From: Raillietiella orientalis
Lineage: Eukaryota
Direction: 5' to 3'
DNA length: 64,000 nt
Assembly (NCBI GenBank): GCA_036172245.1
Contig: JAYWIR010000009.1
Span: 3,100,001-3,164,000, forward strand
Shown: one piece after another, positions 11,721 to 23,400 of the stretch
How positions within the stretch are numbered: the stretch's first letter is position 1
Layout: every line of letters starts with the position of its first letter
Translations under genes and position numbers: made by a program
The notes under the pieces: model-generated
The model's input: only the letters and a program-made list of their open reading frames with translations
Told to the model about the DNA's origin: nothing
Databases searched by the model: none

Positions 11721-14700
11721 GGGCGGCTGCCGGAGGGAACAGGGAGCGGCGCGTCAGGCCAGCATGCTGCGAGGAAGCGACGCAACGAGGAAATGACGCA
11801 GCGGCGAGGCGGTTGCCGGGAAGAAGCGGGGGGAGGGGGGACCGACGTTGCCGAACGGCACCACGCGGAAGCGCGACGCAGGAGCACATCATCCATCATC
11901 CCTGTCGATCGCACGGTAGGGCCGAGTTCCCCGGGAAACCTCCACGTACGCACCACCTTCGCAGACGCAAGCAGGCCAGGCCCGCAGGAAGGGATAGCGG
12001 AGCGCGGTATACGAGCCGTTTCGGATGTCCGGCTCCGCCCCTGCCTGTTCACGGCTACCGGCTGCGACACACAGAAACGTCACTGTAAACATCACCGATG
12101 CGTGTCATCATCGACTATGTCATCAACAAACTTGGGAACACGCATGCGTTGCCATGCCCGCGCTTTCGCGGGCTTCGGCATGCCACCCGTGGCTTCGGCG
12201 CACCGCAGAGTCTCTTCACCGCCACGCCAGCAACAACAGCGAAGAGCGGTTGGCTCCTTTTTTCGGAAAGCCCGGTTGAAGCACTCGGTCCCCCCTCCCC
12301 CTTGCGTTGCGCTCCCACCCTCCTTTCCCTGCAGGATGCGGGAGTTCGGTGGTGTGCTGCGGGGTGGCGTGGCCGCTGCGGGTGCCGTCCCTAGGCAACG
12401 CGTCTCTGCCGCCACGATCGCCGCGGCATGTCCTTGTTGCTCCGCGTCCTCTTGGCAGGGCGATGGCGGAGATGGCGGACGCGAGTGCTTGAGGGGAAGG
12501 GGAAGTGAAGTCGGGCACGGCGGTCGCAGCGCCGTGCCCCCGAGTCCAGCGCTCCTCCCCCGCACACGCCCGGAGCGCTCTTTTCGCCCGGCCCAAAGCA
12601 CCGACGACCCCAAAGTGCCTTCAGCATCCTGCAGAATTCCCCTCTGCCCGGCTCTTTCCTCCTCCGCACGCGAAGCGCCTCGGGTTCGCGCCCGCGCGCC
12701 TGCACTGAAGCGGGCCCCAGCGAGGCTCCTTCCCCCCCCCCCCTTTCCAGGGGAGGAGGAGCGCCAGGGTTGACACCCTCCGGAGAGCTCGGCTGCAGCG
12801 GACCCCATGTCCTGGCATCCCGCGGCATCCCTTCCGTGCCGCGAACGATCCCAGCGATCGCGACCATCTCTTCCGGGGAGGGTCCGCGAGAGGAATGACG
12901 GCCAGTCGCGTGATGGGGAGGAGGGAGTCGCCGGCGGAGATGCGAAAGAACGCCCCGGTCCCGGGAAGGGACTCTGCTCCCCTCGGGGAACTTCCCCGCG
13001 GAGCCAAGGACGTCCCTCCCGCTGCACCCGTCCTCCCCGCTGACTTGCTCTTGCCGCTACTGCTCGGACCTGACGGAGGGCCGGGGGGGCCTTCGCATCC
13101 GACCCAGGACCGCAGTATTTGACTAGACCTGGCCGGTCGGACCCTCTGCAAGCAAACTCTGCTCACGCGTTCCTCCCGACAGGGGGATCCGGGAGCACCC
13201 CTTGACCGGCCTCCTCGGGATGCAGCCGCCGCGCTCACGGAGACTGACGTGGCCTTGGAGCGGCCGGCGGAGCCTTGCATTCCGCAAGGGTCTGGCAGGG
13301 CCTGCCGGAGTGTTGCCATCGTCGGCCGGCAAGGGGATGAGAGAGGGCCGACCTTAGCCTTCCTGTGGGGAGAGATACTCGGCCGTTCCCCAACCGGGCA
13401 GCAATCGGAGCGGGGAAAGCGTCTCTCCTTCGGGGGGGGGGGGGGAATAGCGAAGGCGGATAAGAGTAAAGAGCGCACGCTCTCCGCGTCGGATGGCAGC
13501 TCCTCCGGTTGCCACGGGAAGCCGGTCGCGCGCCCGCACTCGAGCCGAGGAGTGGGCTCGGGCGGGCGCGCGTGAGCGTATCTCCCTGGCTCGAAGGAAG
13601 CCCGGCGATAAGATCGCACGCGCTGGTCGGGTTGCGAAACGAGGCGCTAGGCGGGAGAGGAGGAAGGGAAGGGGGGGGGAGGGGGGAAAGAGGTTGAATC
13701 TGCCGGCGGCTCCATAGTATCGCAGGGAAAAAAAGGAGGAACACCTGTACGCACGCGTACATTCCCCGCGGAGGGATTTCCTGGCGTGGCAGAGGAACAG
13801 CGGAGCGAAAAAGCATTGCGGACGTGGCTGCCGCGCATGCGCCGCGGCCGCGGCCGCTCGCCTGCCGGAGAGCAGCCCCGAACTCGGGCGGGCGGAGAGC
13901 GACATCCGGCCGCGGGAGAACGAGGGGAGGCAGGGAGGGGGGAAAAGAAAACAGGGGAGGAGGAGGAGCTCTCGCGAGGGGGTGCTCTCGCGCACGCGCG
14001 GGAGCGAAAAACCTTCCTCCCGTCTCGCCCGACCTCGCGGCGTCTTCGCCGGAGCCGCCCAATCCGCGTGCGCGGCCTTTCCTGCGCGCCCCGTCATTTT
14101 TCCCTCTCTCCTCCTCTCCGACCTCTCTCCCGCCTCCCCCCTCTTCCTCCCCTCCGGAATCTCCTGACGTCTTGTGAAAGCCGGGAATGTTATCGGCAGC
14201 AGCGACTTTCACTCTCCGCGTCGGCTTCCTTTGGAGGGTTGACAACCGGTTTCCGTTGCCCGGAACGATTATTCCAATGACGTCGTAAATATTTCTCGCT
14301 CGACAGATTCTTTTTCTTTCCTTTCCTTTTTCTTCTCTTGCCTGCTTGCTTATTCCTTCGTTCCCCCCCCCCCTCCTCTTCCTCCCCCCCTCCTTCTCGT
14401 CTCCTCCGCTCGACGACTCATTCGAACGACGAGCGTCTTCGGATGCAGGAAAATTCGCGTGCAGGGAGCACGGGAAAGGGAAAGATCCGTTTCCCAGCCA
14501 ACGATGCGAAGCTCGTTTCGCACGCACGCACCGCGGGGACGGGAACATTCGCCAAGATGGCGGGAGCGATCGCGCGCGCCTCGGCGACGAGAAAATGGCG
14601 CGCGGAAGCGGTCAGCGGCGGAAGGGCGCGCGCGCGTCGATGCCCCCACGCAGTCGGCGGCGCGTTCCCGGGATGAAGCTGCGGGGAGCGGGGGACAAAC

Positions 14701-15899
14701 GGAACAAAAAGACGTCTCCCCCCCCCCCCCCCCCTCTTTCGCTCTCCCCGCTGTTTACGCGTAGTGGGGTCGCCTCGGTTTCCGCACCTCAAACGGTAGC
14801 TCGGTCGGGAGACGCGGCTTCCCAGGAAGGTGGCGAAACACGCACGCGGCCACGCGCACACGCCGGGAAAATCGGCGGGAGTTCCCCGTGTTCCGGGAGA
14901 CGATGAATGACGGGCTCGGGCCGCCGCCGGAGCGGGGCAGCGCGCCACGGTCATCCCTCGCGGCGCGCCGCACAGGACGAAGACGCTGCCGCCGAAGGAG
15001 ACGACCGGTGGCGCCGTGCTGAAGGTAGCCGACGCATGGCGCCGTCCGCAGCTCCTCTCAGATGGGTTCGCCTCGGCTCCACGGACGCGTTCTTAAAGCC
15101 TTCTCCTCCAAGTAAGTGTTTACGCATTCATTTTGCCAGTGCACCGTGCAGCATCCTGCTAGCCAAAAAAAAGAAAAAAAAAACGTCCCTTGGAAGCGCT
15201 CGGGATCGTCTCCCCCCTCTCCGTTTCGCCGGGAATGTACAGCTTTCCCCGTACGCCCGTACGCTGTGCGTTGCTGCTGCGCTTCGCCCGGCTCGCTCGC
15301 TGGGAAGAGCGGAGGCATGCAAATCGTCCCGACGTGAACGTCCGCGCTCGCGTGTTTACAGTTCCGTGCAAACACAATCACATGTGCATGAAATGTCTGC
15401 CCACGCGTGCGCCGCACGGGGCACGAGCGGCGCGTTTCCGCGTAGGCGCGGGAGACGACGCGTGGATCGCGCGTATCCGAACACACGCGCGCACACGTGT
15501 GCACCACCCCTCAGGTGCGGCGAATTCATCTGTGCACCGTGCGTGCGAGCGATATGGTTCGCGCGCGCGCGTCGTCTTTGGAGCTGGTTCTCTCGCTCGC
15601 AGTGCTGCTGCTGATGTTTGCATGCACGCGAGTGGCCGGGCGAGGTGTTCACTGCCGAAAAGCTCCCAGCACGTGCGCGTGCGTGCGTGCGTGCGTGTGT
15701 GTGTGTGTGTGTCGTCGTCGTCGTCGTCGCGCAGAACGCCCGTGTTTGCCAGGGAAGGAAAGGGGTCGGAGGGAGCGCGGTGGCTCCAAGGAGCATCGTG
15801 CCAAGAGCTTCCTTCCCGTCGTCTCCTCGCGGGAGGAGGAGGAGGGGGAAGATCCGGGATCTGGAGCGGCGTCAAGGAGGGAGCTCTTCCCCTTCCTTA

Positions 15900-16370
15900 C
15901 CTGCTTTGGAGGCGGCCATAGGGGGCGAAAAGCAGAGCCTATCTCGTCCAGAAGAATCATCTTGCTGACCTCACCACGGAAGCTGCGCCTAGGGCTTCCT
16001 AACTCAGAACGAGGAACCTTTACGGCGGCATTCCTGCTCGTGGAGGCGGGTTCGTCGTGACTCCTGACGGATAGTCGATCCTCCGGAAGATGTGTACTGT
16101 CTCCCGGGGAAGCTGCGAGCTCGCAGACCCCCGTCGATCTGCCAGAGACTGGACTCGCCTGGGGTCGAAGGGCACTCCACACCGGCAGAGGAGACACCCA
16201 GATAAACTCCGAAACCTCCTTTCTCTCCCGAGACGTCTCCCATCTCCCAGACTGACCCATAACGGCGCCCGCTCTCTGGAAGCCAAGGCCACGAGTGGAT
16301 AGACACGGGCCTTGGCTGGTCGATGGGTGCCTCGCATACCCGGGGGAGGGTAAATAAAGGCATTAGGATG
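15900..16370 (+). mobile_element. L1/Tx1-like LINE 3' fragment
   Basis: gaacgaggaacc...cctgctcgtggag resembles the zinc-finger segment (ERESLPHLLVDC) of the copy at ~35100. Ends near an AATAAA. Confidence 0.35.
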
Positions 16371-17464
16371 CAAGCTTGACGTCATTTTATTCTTCTGCGT
16401 GGTCGTCGTCTTCCTTGCTGCACCAACGTCTGTGCTCCCTTAGGATTTTTCTTCCTCTTCCTCTTCTACTTCTTCTTCCTCTTCCTCATCTTCTTTCGTT
16501 GGCTCTGCTGAAGTGTGGAAGTTTCTTGTGCTGCTGAGCACTCCGGAAATCGTGAGCTCTTTTCCTTGCTTCTCCCCTGTCGAGAATGGCGTCTGCCTTC
16601 ATCCCTCCTCCTTCGCCGCGTTCATCCCTGACGCGGACGCGGAGTGCGAGAGGCCGCCACCTCCAGCGCGCGCCTTCCACGCTTCCCCGCCGGTACCGCC
16701 GACTTCCCAGCCTGACCCCCGCCGCTGCGGCACCGTCCGAGTCCTGCGCCAGCTCGCCGTCAGCTGCTCCCCCCTCCTACCGGCGGCGGCAATGAGCTGG
16801 CGCTTTCCGGTAGGCCAAGTGGAAGGCCCTCGCGCATCGCCGGCGTAACCGCGGCGGTCTGTCGGTTCTCTCGACTTGCGGGGGAGGGGCCTCCTCCTCC
16901 ACCATTCTACCACCACCACCCGCCGCCGCCGCCACCGAGGTTCGGTTTCTTCTCTCCCCCTTCCGCAGGAGGCTCTTTGTTTTCCGGCGCGAAGTCCCGA
17001 ATCCTCCCTTCCGGAAACGCTCGCCCATCCGTCCCTCCAACCCGTGGGGGGTCTCCTCTGTTTAGGCGCGTTTGCTCGGTCCATTCTTCTTCCCCATCGA
17101 CCAAATGTTGCATTCGCACGCGAGGTCTTCAAAAGCGACGTGCGCGACCCCGAACGCGAGCTCGGCCGCGGTGGACGCGTTCCGGCCTGCCCCCAACGGC
17201 GTTTTTTTCCGAAGCGCACCCTCCTCCCCAACCTCAGGCCCGCGCAACCAGCGGGCCGCTCGACCAAGGGCTCTCCCGCCTGCGGTTCACCCTCCCTCCC
17301 CTCCGAAACCGCCTCCTTAAGGATCCCCTCCTCCCCTTCCCTCCGACGCCTCTTTATGCGTCTCATCTCGGGATGTGCTCTTCCAGCGCGCGGGAGCGGT
17401 CGCTGCTCCTCCCCCCGGCACAGCGTAAGGCAACCCGGATCCTCTGGAGGAGGCCATCCATCCT

Positions 17465-18160
17465 TCGTTGGCGGCTGCGCGGCTGCCACGGTCTCCGCGC
17501 GCGCACGCAGCACACGGAACGTCGAGGATTCGAATCCCGCGCGGGGGAGAGGCACCAACGCCGAGAACCATGGGGTGCATCGTGGTGGGTTTTGAACCTT
17601 CCAGCAGGATGGCTCTTGTTGGGCCTCTTCGGGCGCGGAACCGGTAGAAACCGGAAACCCCCGCATGCCCCCGTCGACTGGCCCTCGGGCTTGAAAGTTG
17701 ACCTTCCGGAGTCCTTCCAGGACGGCTCAAGGAGCGCCGGTTCTCTCCGGGGTTGTCTTCCGGTTGTGAAGGAGCCGTCCGTCGCACACCATGGAGCTGG
17801 TTGGGATACTCCCCCCTCTGGGGGGATCGGCTCTCCAGAGCGTCAGGAGCGCCCTTCGGGGGAATTCGGGAACCTCCATTGGGGATTGTCGTCAGGGGAA
17901 GGAGAAGCGAGGGGCAGCTCCCTTGCGGTAGAACAAGGGAGAGGGTTTCCTCTAGGGTTCCTCCCCCACCCAAGAGCCGGAGAGGAACGGGCTCCTTCCT
18001 CGGGAATCCTTCCCGGATTCGTAGGGTGATCCCTCCGGGTTGACCTCTGAGTTGATCACCGTCTGCGCACTCTCGAGCGGCACGGGCGGTGCTCGAATAG
18101 CTTCGCGAGCGCCCCCCCCTGAGGAGGCGGACGGTTCTTCAGCACTTGGCGAACCAAAGG
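17465..18160 (+). mobile_element. tRNA-derived SINE, copy A (near full length)
   Basis: B-box-like GGATTCGAATCC at 17526. Shares caccatggagctggttg, ggctctcc.gag.gtcaggagcg and ggacggttcttcagcact blocks with the copies at 44340, 47640 and 50300. Confidence 0.65.
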
Positions 18161-18479
18161 GAAGGGAAAAGGAAGGCCGGAAGGAAAGCAGCGAAAGCAG
18201 GAGGAGCACCCCAAAGGATCCCCATCATCCCAGGCCAATAATGACGACCTCCCCGTGAGGTCATCCTCTTTTCCTGCGTGGGTGTGACACACGCCCGCTT
18301 CTGCACGCGCGTTTGCAAGCGGTCTCAGCGGCGGGCACGTGCCCCCACCTGTCCGCTCCCCTCTTCCCCCTTCTGCGCCTGCGCCTCGCCTTGCTTCCTT
18401 TCTTGCGCGCGAGAAGGTCGCACCACTCGCGTCTTTGCATGCCGTCCGGCCCCCTGCGTGCCGCGTGGGACGAGTCGGC

Positions 18480-19130
18480 GACCGCGTGCGACCGGACCCC
18501 CGGTCCTCGCCATCCGGCCCTACAACCCCCCTTGCGCCGCGCTGCCCTCCCTGAAGGAGCACATGGTCAGCAGCCTTGCGACCAGATGGGAGGTTGCTGT
18601 GAATATCTCCAGTAAGAGAGGAGGACTGGGGGAGTGGACGATGGACCAGCTCACGGACTCTGCGACCTCGAGTTCCCCCCCCCCCACGATTACTTTTGCG
18701 CTGAAGCGAGCTACTGGGAATTCCGGTGGAAGATCGCTTGACGACCCCTCCTCCTCCTAAGCGACGCTTTTCGGTAGGAAGCCTCGCTAGCAGCTCCCTA
18801 TGCTGCCTACGCGGGAATGTGGCGGCCTGGAGCGACTCAAGAGGAGGACAGAACGACAGGGATGCCACATCCACTTTGCCGTCCGCTTCACGAGGATGGC
18901 AACAAGATGGTCCTACTTGGAAAACAACCATGCAGCAAGAGCTCACCAGCTCATTCGGAAAGATGCAGAGGACCATCCCTAGCCGGACGTGACCCCCTCT
19001 TGTACCCCCCTTCCCTCCCCATTTTTTTTGTTTCTTTTGCTTTTCATTTGCCCCCCCCCCTCACCCCCCTGCTGCCGTGACGGACGTTACCAGTCTGCGT
19101 CTTCCTCCTCCTCTTCCCTTTCTTCCTCTG
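18480..19130 (+). mobile_element. L1/Tx1-like LINE 3' portion (ORF2 C-terminus plus start of 3' UTR)
   Basis: Reads LATRWEVAVNISS and HIHFAVRFTRMATRW...KDAED, homologous to the C-termini of the minus copies at 19400, 34850 and 48680. Confidence 0.65.
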
Positions 19131-19168
19131 TCTCCTTTCCTCCTTCAGGCTCCCGTCGGAATGGATGT

Positions 19169-20040
19169 GGTTTATCACCCGGATTTGCCGGGGCATTCAT
19201 TATAAAGATAATAAAAGTACACATTAATAATTAATAATTGTCGTGTGGGGAACCACTTGGTTCACCACGTCACTTCGACCTGTCGGTCCGTTTCCGCGGC
19301 GAATGGGAGAGGGAGGACCACAAACAAAAGGAAAGAAACAAAAAGAAAAAATGGTGAGAGAGATGTTTCTTGAGGAGGGGGCAGTAAGGAAGAAGTCACT
19401 GTTTTCCTGGAGACGTCCTCTCTATCCTGTCCAGGATGCCAGCGAGTCGCGTTCTCACACTGCCCAGGTGGGGCCATCTGGATGCGGTCCTCAAAAAGAT
19501 ACGTGTCCAGTGGATGGCGTTCTTGCCATTCTGGCCACTTCTTGTCGCGTTCCAGGACGCCACGATTCCGCGACTGCAGCAGAGAATTTCTAGGGACGCT
19601 GGCGGCAGATCGGAACGAAAGAGGAGGCGCTTAAAAATGTCCCGGGGGTCGCCTTTGGGACGATCTAGGGTCGTCGGCAGACGATCCCAGAGGGGTCGTA
19701 GGTCGGCACAGTCCAGCAAAGTCTCTTTGTCGCCGCAACTCTCGCAACGGGCATCCACACTCCCCCGTGTCCAGTGAAGGAGGCGCGCTTTGCATGGGGT
19801 TCTCCGAATGCAACACGAGCAACGCCACCTCCTGCCACTCGAGGGGGAGGATGCCACGGTCGCAACACGCTGGGGGCCACTTCACCTCCTCCGCAGAGAT
19901 GTCCAGCAGCTCTCCCCAGCGCACAAGTCCGTGGGACGGGACACTCGGGGTCGCAGCTTACGCTACTTGCCGAGTTGACCACACGATTAAAAGTTTTTTC
20001 CTGCCTTGGATACGGCAGGACACTTCCCATCTGTCGTGAG
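19169..20040 (-). mobile_element. L1/Tx1-like LINE 3' portion with zf-RVT domain and 3' end
   Basis: Across frameshifts reads RWGELLDIS...LPLEWQEVALLVLH...PCKARLLHWTRGSVDARCESCGDKET-LLDC..LRPLW (zf-RVT/CCHC). It is followed by the 3' UTR and the terminal motif GCCCCGGCAAATCCGGGTG. Confidence 0.8.
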
Positions 20041-20109
20041 ATCGCTGTTCCTAGCGTTTTCGAGGAAGGGGGAAGCGCTGGAGCAAGGGGGGGGGGGGGG
20101 CGGGGCGGG

Positions 20110-20252
20110 GGGTGAACGGGGCCCACAACAGTTTGCGTGGGTTCCGCACGATCTCCTGTAGGGGTGGAATGGACCACTGGCGCAACCACAGTCTTTCTGA
20201 ATGTCTATTTTTATGTGAAGCAAACGCCCCGGCGCACCCGGGTAAGAATCCG
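20110..20252 (+). mobile_element. Short 5'-truncated 3' UTR copy of the same LINE family
   Basis: Ends in AAACGCCCCGGCGCACCCGGGTAAGAATC, the family terminal motif. Confidence 0.55.
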
Positions 20253-21249
20253 GCCTCATCGCTTGCTAGTCCTCCTGTGCGGCCAAACCGACCTCGCCAC
20301 GGCGTCCTGTCCTACGAGGGTTCCTGCATCCTCTCAAAGATCTTCCAGAAACCGGTGGTAGGCTGCTTGTTCCCCGCTTGCGGCGGGACTCTCCTCGCAA
20401 CGTGCACCGCGTTGGGTCGTCCTTTCGGGCATTTTTCGGGGAATGACGTTCCTCCCTGGCAATTTTTTTTGTATTTTTCCTCCACCCTTCTTCCCCTGGG
20501 ACCAAAAGCCCCGGGTGTACGCCGCTCGTTCTCTGTCGCGAGCGCGACCCCTCTTTGGAGCCACGGTCCCCGCTTCCGCGGACACCAGAGATCCACCAGT
20601 GTCCCTTCCCTCACTTGTCATCGCATCTTTTGAATTTGTCGCCCCCTTTCCTCCAGTAGGGATTCCGGGAGCACCCTGGTGGACAACGTACGTCACCCGG
20701 CCCTCGCTACCGGCACCCGCGGAGGAGGAGGAGGAACACGGAGCAGCGCCGGTGAATGCGCCGGAGCTACTCCACCCTTTCGGAGACTTCCCTCGGCGGT
20801 TGCTTCATCTCCAAGCCACCAAACAGGCCACCCTGAAAACGCCTGCTCCCTCGGCGTGTGCGCACGCACGTGACCCGCGACGCGCGCGCTGCTGTCCTTA
20901 CGTCACGTGACTCGCGGTTCTCGGTTTTGAAATCGGCACTCGCCTCCCGCGTTCCTCACGGTCGTTCCTCCCGTCCACCGACCGCGCGGGACTTTCTCGA
21001 TCCGCACGCCCCTCCTGCAGGCTTCCTGGTGCTCGCCGCACCGGGATCCGCGGCAGACTCGGAGGACGACGCGGCCACCGGCAAGGAAGGGCAGGGTGCG
21101 CTCTCCCGCCTCCTCCTCGCTCCGCTCCGCCGCCGGCCCCTGCCCCTTCCCGGGAGAAAGTGACCACCTCCTGACCTTCCTTCCGTCGAAAGGACGCGCC
21201 CGTCCGGAACGAGAGGAGCGGCGAGTTGCAGCATCTTCCCGCCTTGGAG

Positions 21250-23400
21250 CGAGGCGAGGCGCCCAGCGCAGAGATCGGCCTCCTCTCAGTGGTTCGAGGC
21301 TTCATCCACTTAGAGCCCCACGAGCTGGTGCTGGCTCCCCAGCGCCAGAAAGGCACCCGCCCTTCCCCCGGCCCCCAGAGTCTCTCCGTTGATGCCGTGG
21401 GGGGCCGTCCCGGAGGCAGACATCTCGCGCCCTGGGGCATGAGCCCCAAAGTCCGCAGGGCGAGCTATAGAATCGGTCTGGGACCGACCTTCCTCCTCCG
21501 CTGCGGCGCCAACGGGACGCAGGACGAGAAGGAAAACGCGGATGGTGCAGCTCCTGGCGTCAGTCTGCACTTCCGTGCAAGCGGGCCGGTCCACGTAATC
21601 TGAGCCAACTTTGTCTCTGCAGCGAATGTGGCCCACCCGATTGGCGGCTTTCCCCGCTCGGTTGGCGATCGGGCACCGCCTCCTCGGTTGCTCCACATCC
21701 CTCAGTCGGGATGGGCGCCGTGCCCTTCCTCCAGCCGAGACGGAAGGAAATTTCCCTCTTTCGCTCCCGGCATCTGATAGGGCGGTCTGCCGTCGGAGGA
21801 TTGAGGGAGGGGGGCGTGGGCTCCACCAACAGAGTGGGCGAGCAAGCGCCTCGCCGACTCCCACGGGGCGCGCGGTCATGGCGGAGACTCAGAAAGCCAC
21901 GCGCGTCCGCCCGCGGGTCCTGCGCCTTCTCGGAGTCCCCGGCAGAGGTGCTTCCCCTTGCCTGGGAGACAGCCTTGTCCGCCCACCTCCCGGAGGTGGG
22001 TGCGCGCGCCTGGAGCAGAGCACGAGCGCGCGCGGAAGTGTGGAGGAGACGGTCCCTGGCACCTCTGCCCCGCCCGCTAAGACCGACCCGGGGCGAGGGC
22101 GAGGGCTTTCGGCGCAACGGCGGCGGTCGCTGGTGGGGCGACCGAACCCGAGGGGGCGCCCCCTCCTGACGGAGCCCGCGCTGATGCCGTCAAGGGCGCC
22201 TTCATCCCTCCTAGAAGCGGATGGGCAGCACGTGAGGAGGGCAGATAGCAGCCTCCAGGCTAGTGGATCCGAGCGCGGCGCTCCTCTCTCGAGCCCTGCG
22301 GACACGGCTCTTTCGTGAGTCTCGCCCGCCTCGCACGGGAGTAAGGATGACGCCACGGTGCCCTTGCCACCTGCGGATGGGAGAATGGATCCTCAGTTGA
22401 CGCCTCGCTACTCTTTGCGACGTGCGGACGCAAGGGTGGCGCCACTCCGCGGGAAGCGGAGAATGGCGCCTTAGTTGGGGCTTCGGAGTTCCCTGCCACA
22501 CGGACGCGAGAGGGACGCCTCAGTTGGCATCACGCTGCTCCCTGTCTTGGAAGACAGGTTTGTGCGCCAACTGCAGGCGCACGGGAGATTTCCAGTCGCC
22601 TAGAAACGAGGAGCCACCGCGAAGTCGGAGCCGGCTGGAAAGACGGCGCGTGGCGCCAAGGGGTTGGCGACGAAGTTCCAGTTCCTTCGGGCTGGAACTC
22701 TTCTGGTGCGGCCCTGGCCCACGCGCAAGCCCCGAGGGAGAGGAGCCCATTCGCCCCTGGATGAGAGGGCTCGATACGAATGGGCTCCTCTCCCTCGGGG
22801 CTTGCGCGTGGGCCAGGGCCGCACCAGAAGAGTTCCAGCCCGAAGGAACTGGAACTTCGTCGCCAACCCCTTGGCGCCACGCGCCGTCTTTCCAGCCGGC
22901 TCCGACTTCGCGGTGGCTCCTCGTTTCTAGGCGACTGGAAATCTCCCGTGCGCCTGCAGTTGGCGCACAAACCTGTCTTCCGAGTTCGCGGACCCCCACT
23001 GAGCAGACACGACCCGGATAGTCCGGAAGGTCTTCGTCCACTTCCTGCTGGGCGGCAACCTACACGCAAGGGGGAACCACGTCGGACCGTCGGGAGCGTC
23101 ATTCACAACGATCCCCCGGCCCAGAGGGCGAAGGGCGAGATGCGTGGGCCCACCAGGTCCTTGCGCCGCGTCACGGGGTGTAGAGGGTGAGATTGGCGCG
23201 GCGTGGACCGCGCGCTCGCGTCTCGGAGTCGTGCGCACCGTCGAACTCTGCCGACAACCGAAGACGGGGAGGGGCACTCAGCTGCGCCTTGTCTGCATCC
23301 CTCGAGAGGTTCCGGACGTTTCGCGGCACATCCCCTGCGGGGAGGTCAGCGGGTCCTGCTCTTCCGGAGCGCCTTTCGTTACGCTCGTGCCAGGCCAAGA
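21250..23400 (-). mobile_element. Possible L1/Tx1 ORF1 (gag-like) remnant containing the palindrome
   Basis: Minus strand fragments SEDRFVRQLQAHGRF, VWQGTPK and RVGHIRC resemble ORF1 RRM and zinc-knuckle segments. Very degraded. Confidence 0.3.
22549..22981. repeat. Perfect inverted repeat, two 205-bp arms with a 23-bp spacer
   Basis: 22549-22753 is the reverse complement of 22777-22981. The ORF track shows identical peptides on both strands here. Confidence 0.97.

Noticed and set aside
9466..11892. 808-aa minus-strand ORF and other long ORFs (e.g. 8647-10218, 11082-12773, 51934-53190)
   Set aside because: These are Arg/Pro/Gly/Ala-rich, overlap on both strands and run through microsatellites, as expected from high GC content. 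Only scattered decayed RT motifs are recognisable.
22530..23041. Identical peptides on both strands as duplicated genes
   Set aside because: They are a trivial consequence of the DNA palindrome, with no evidence of an intact gene.
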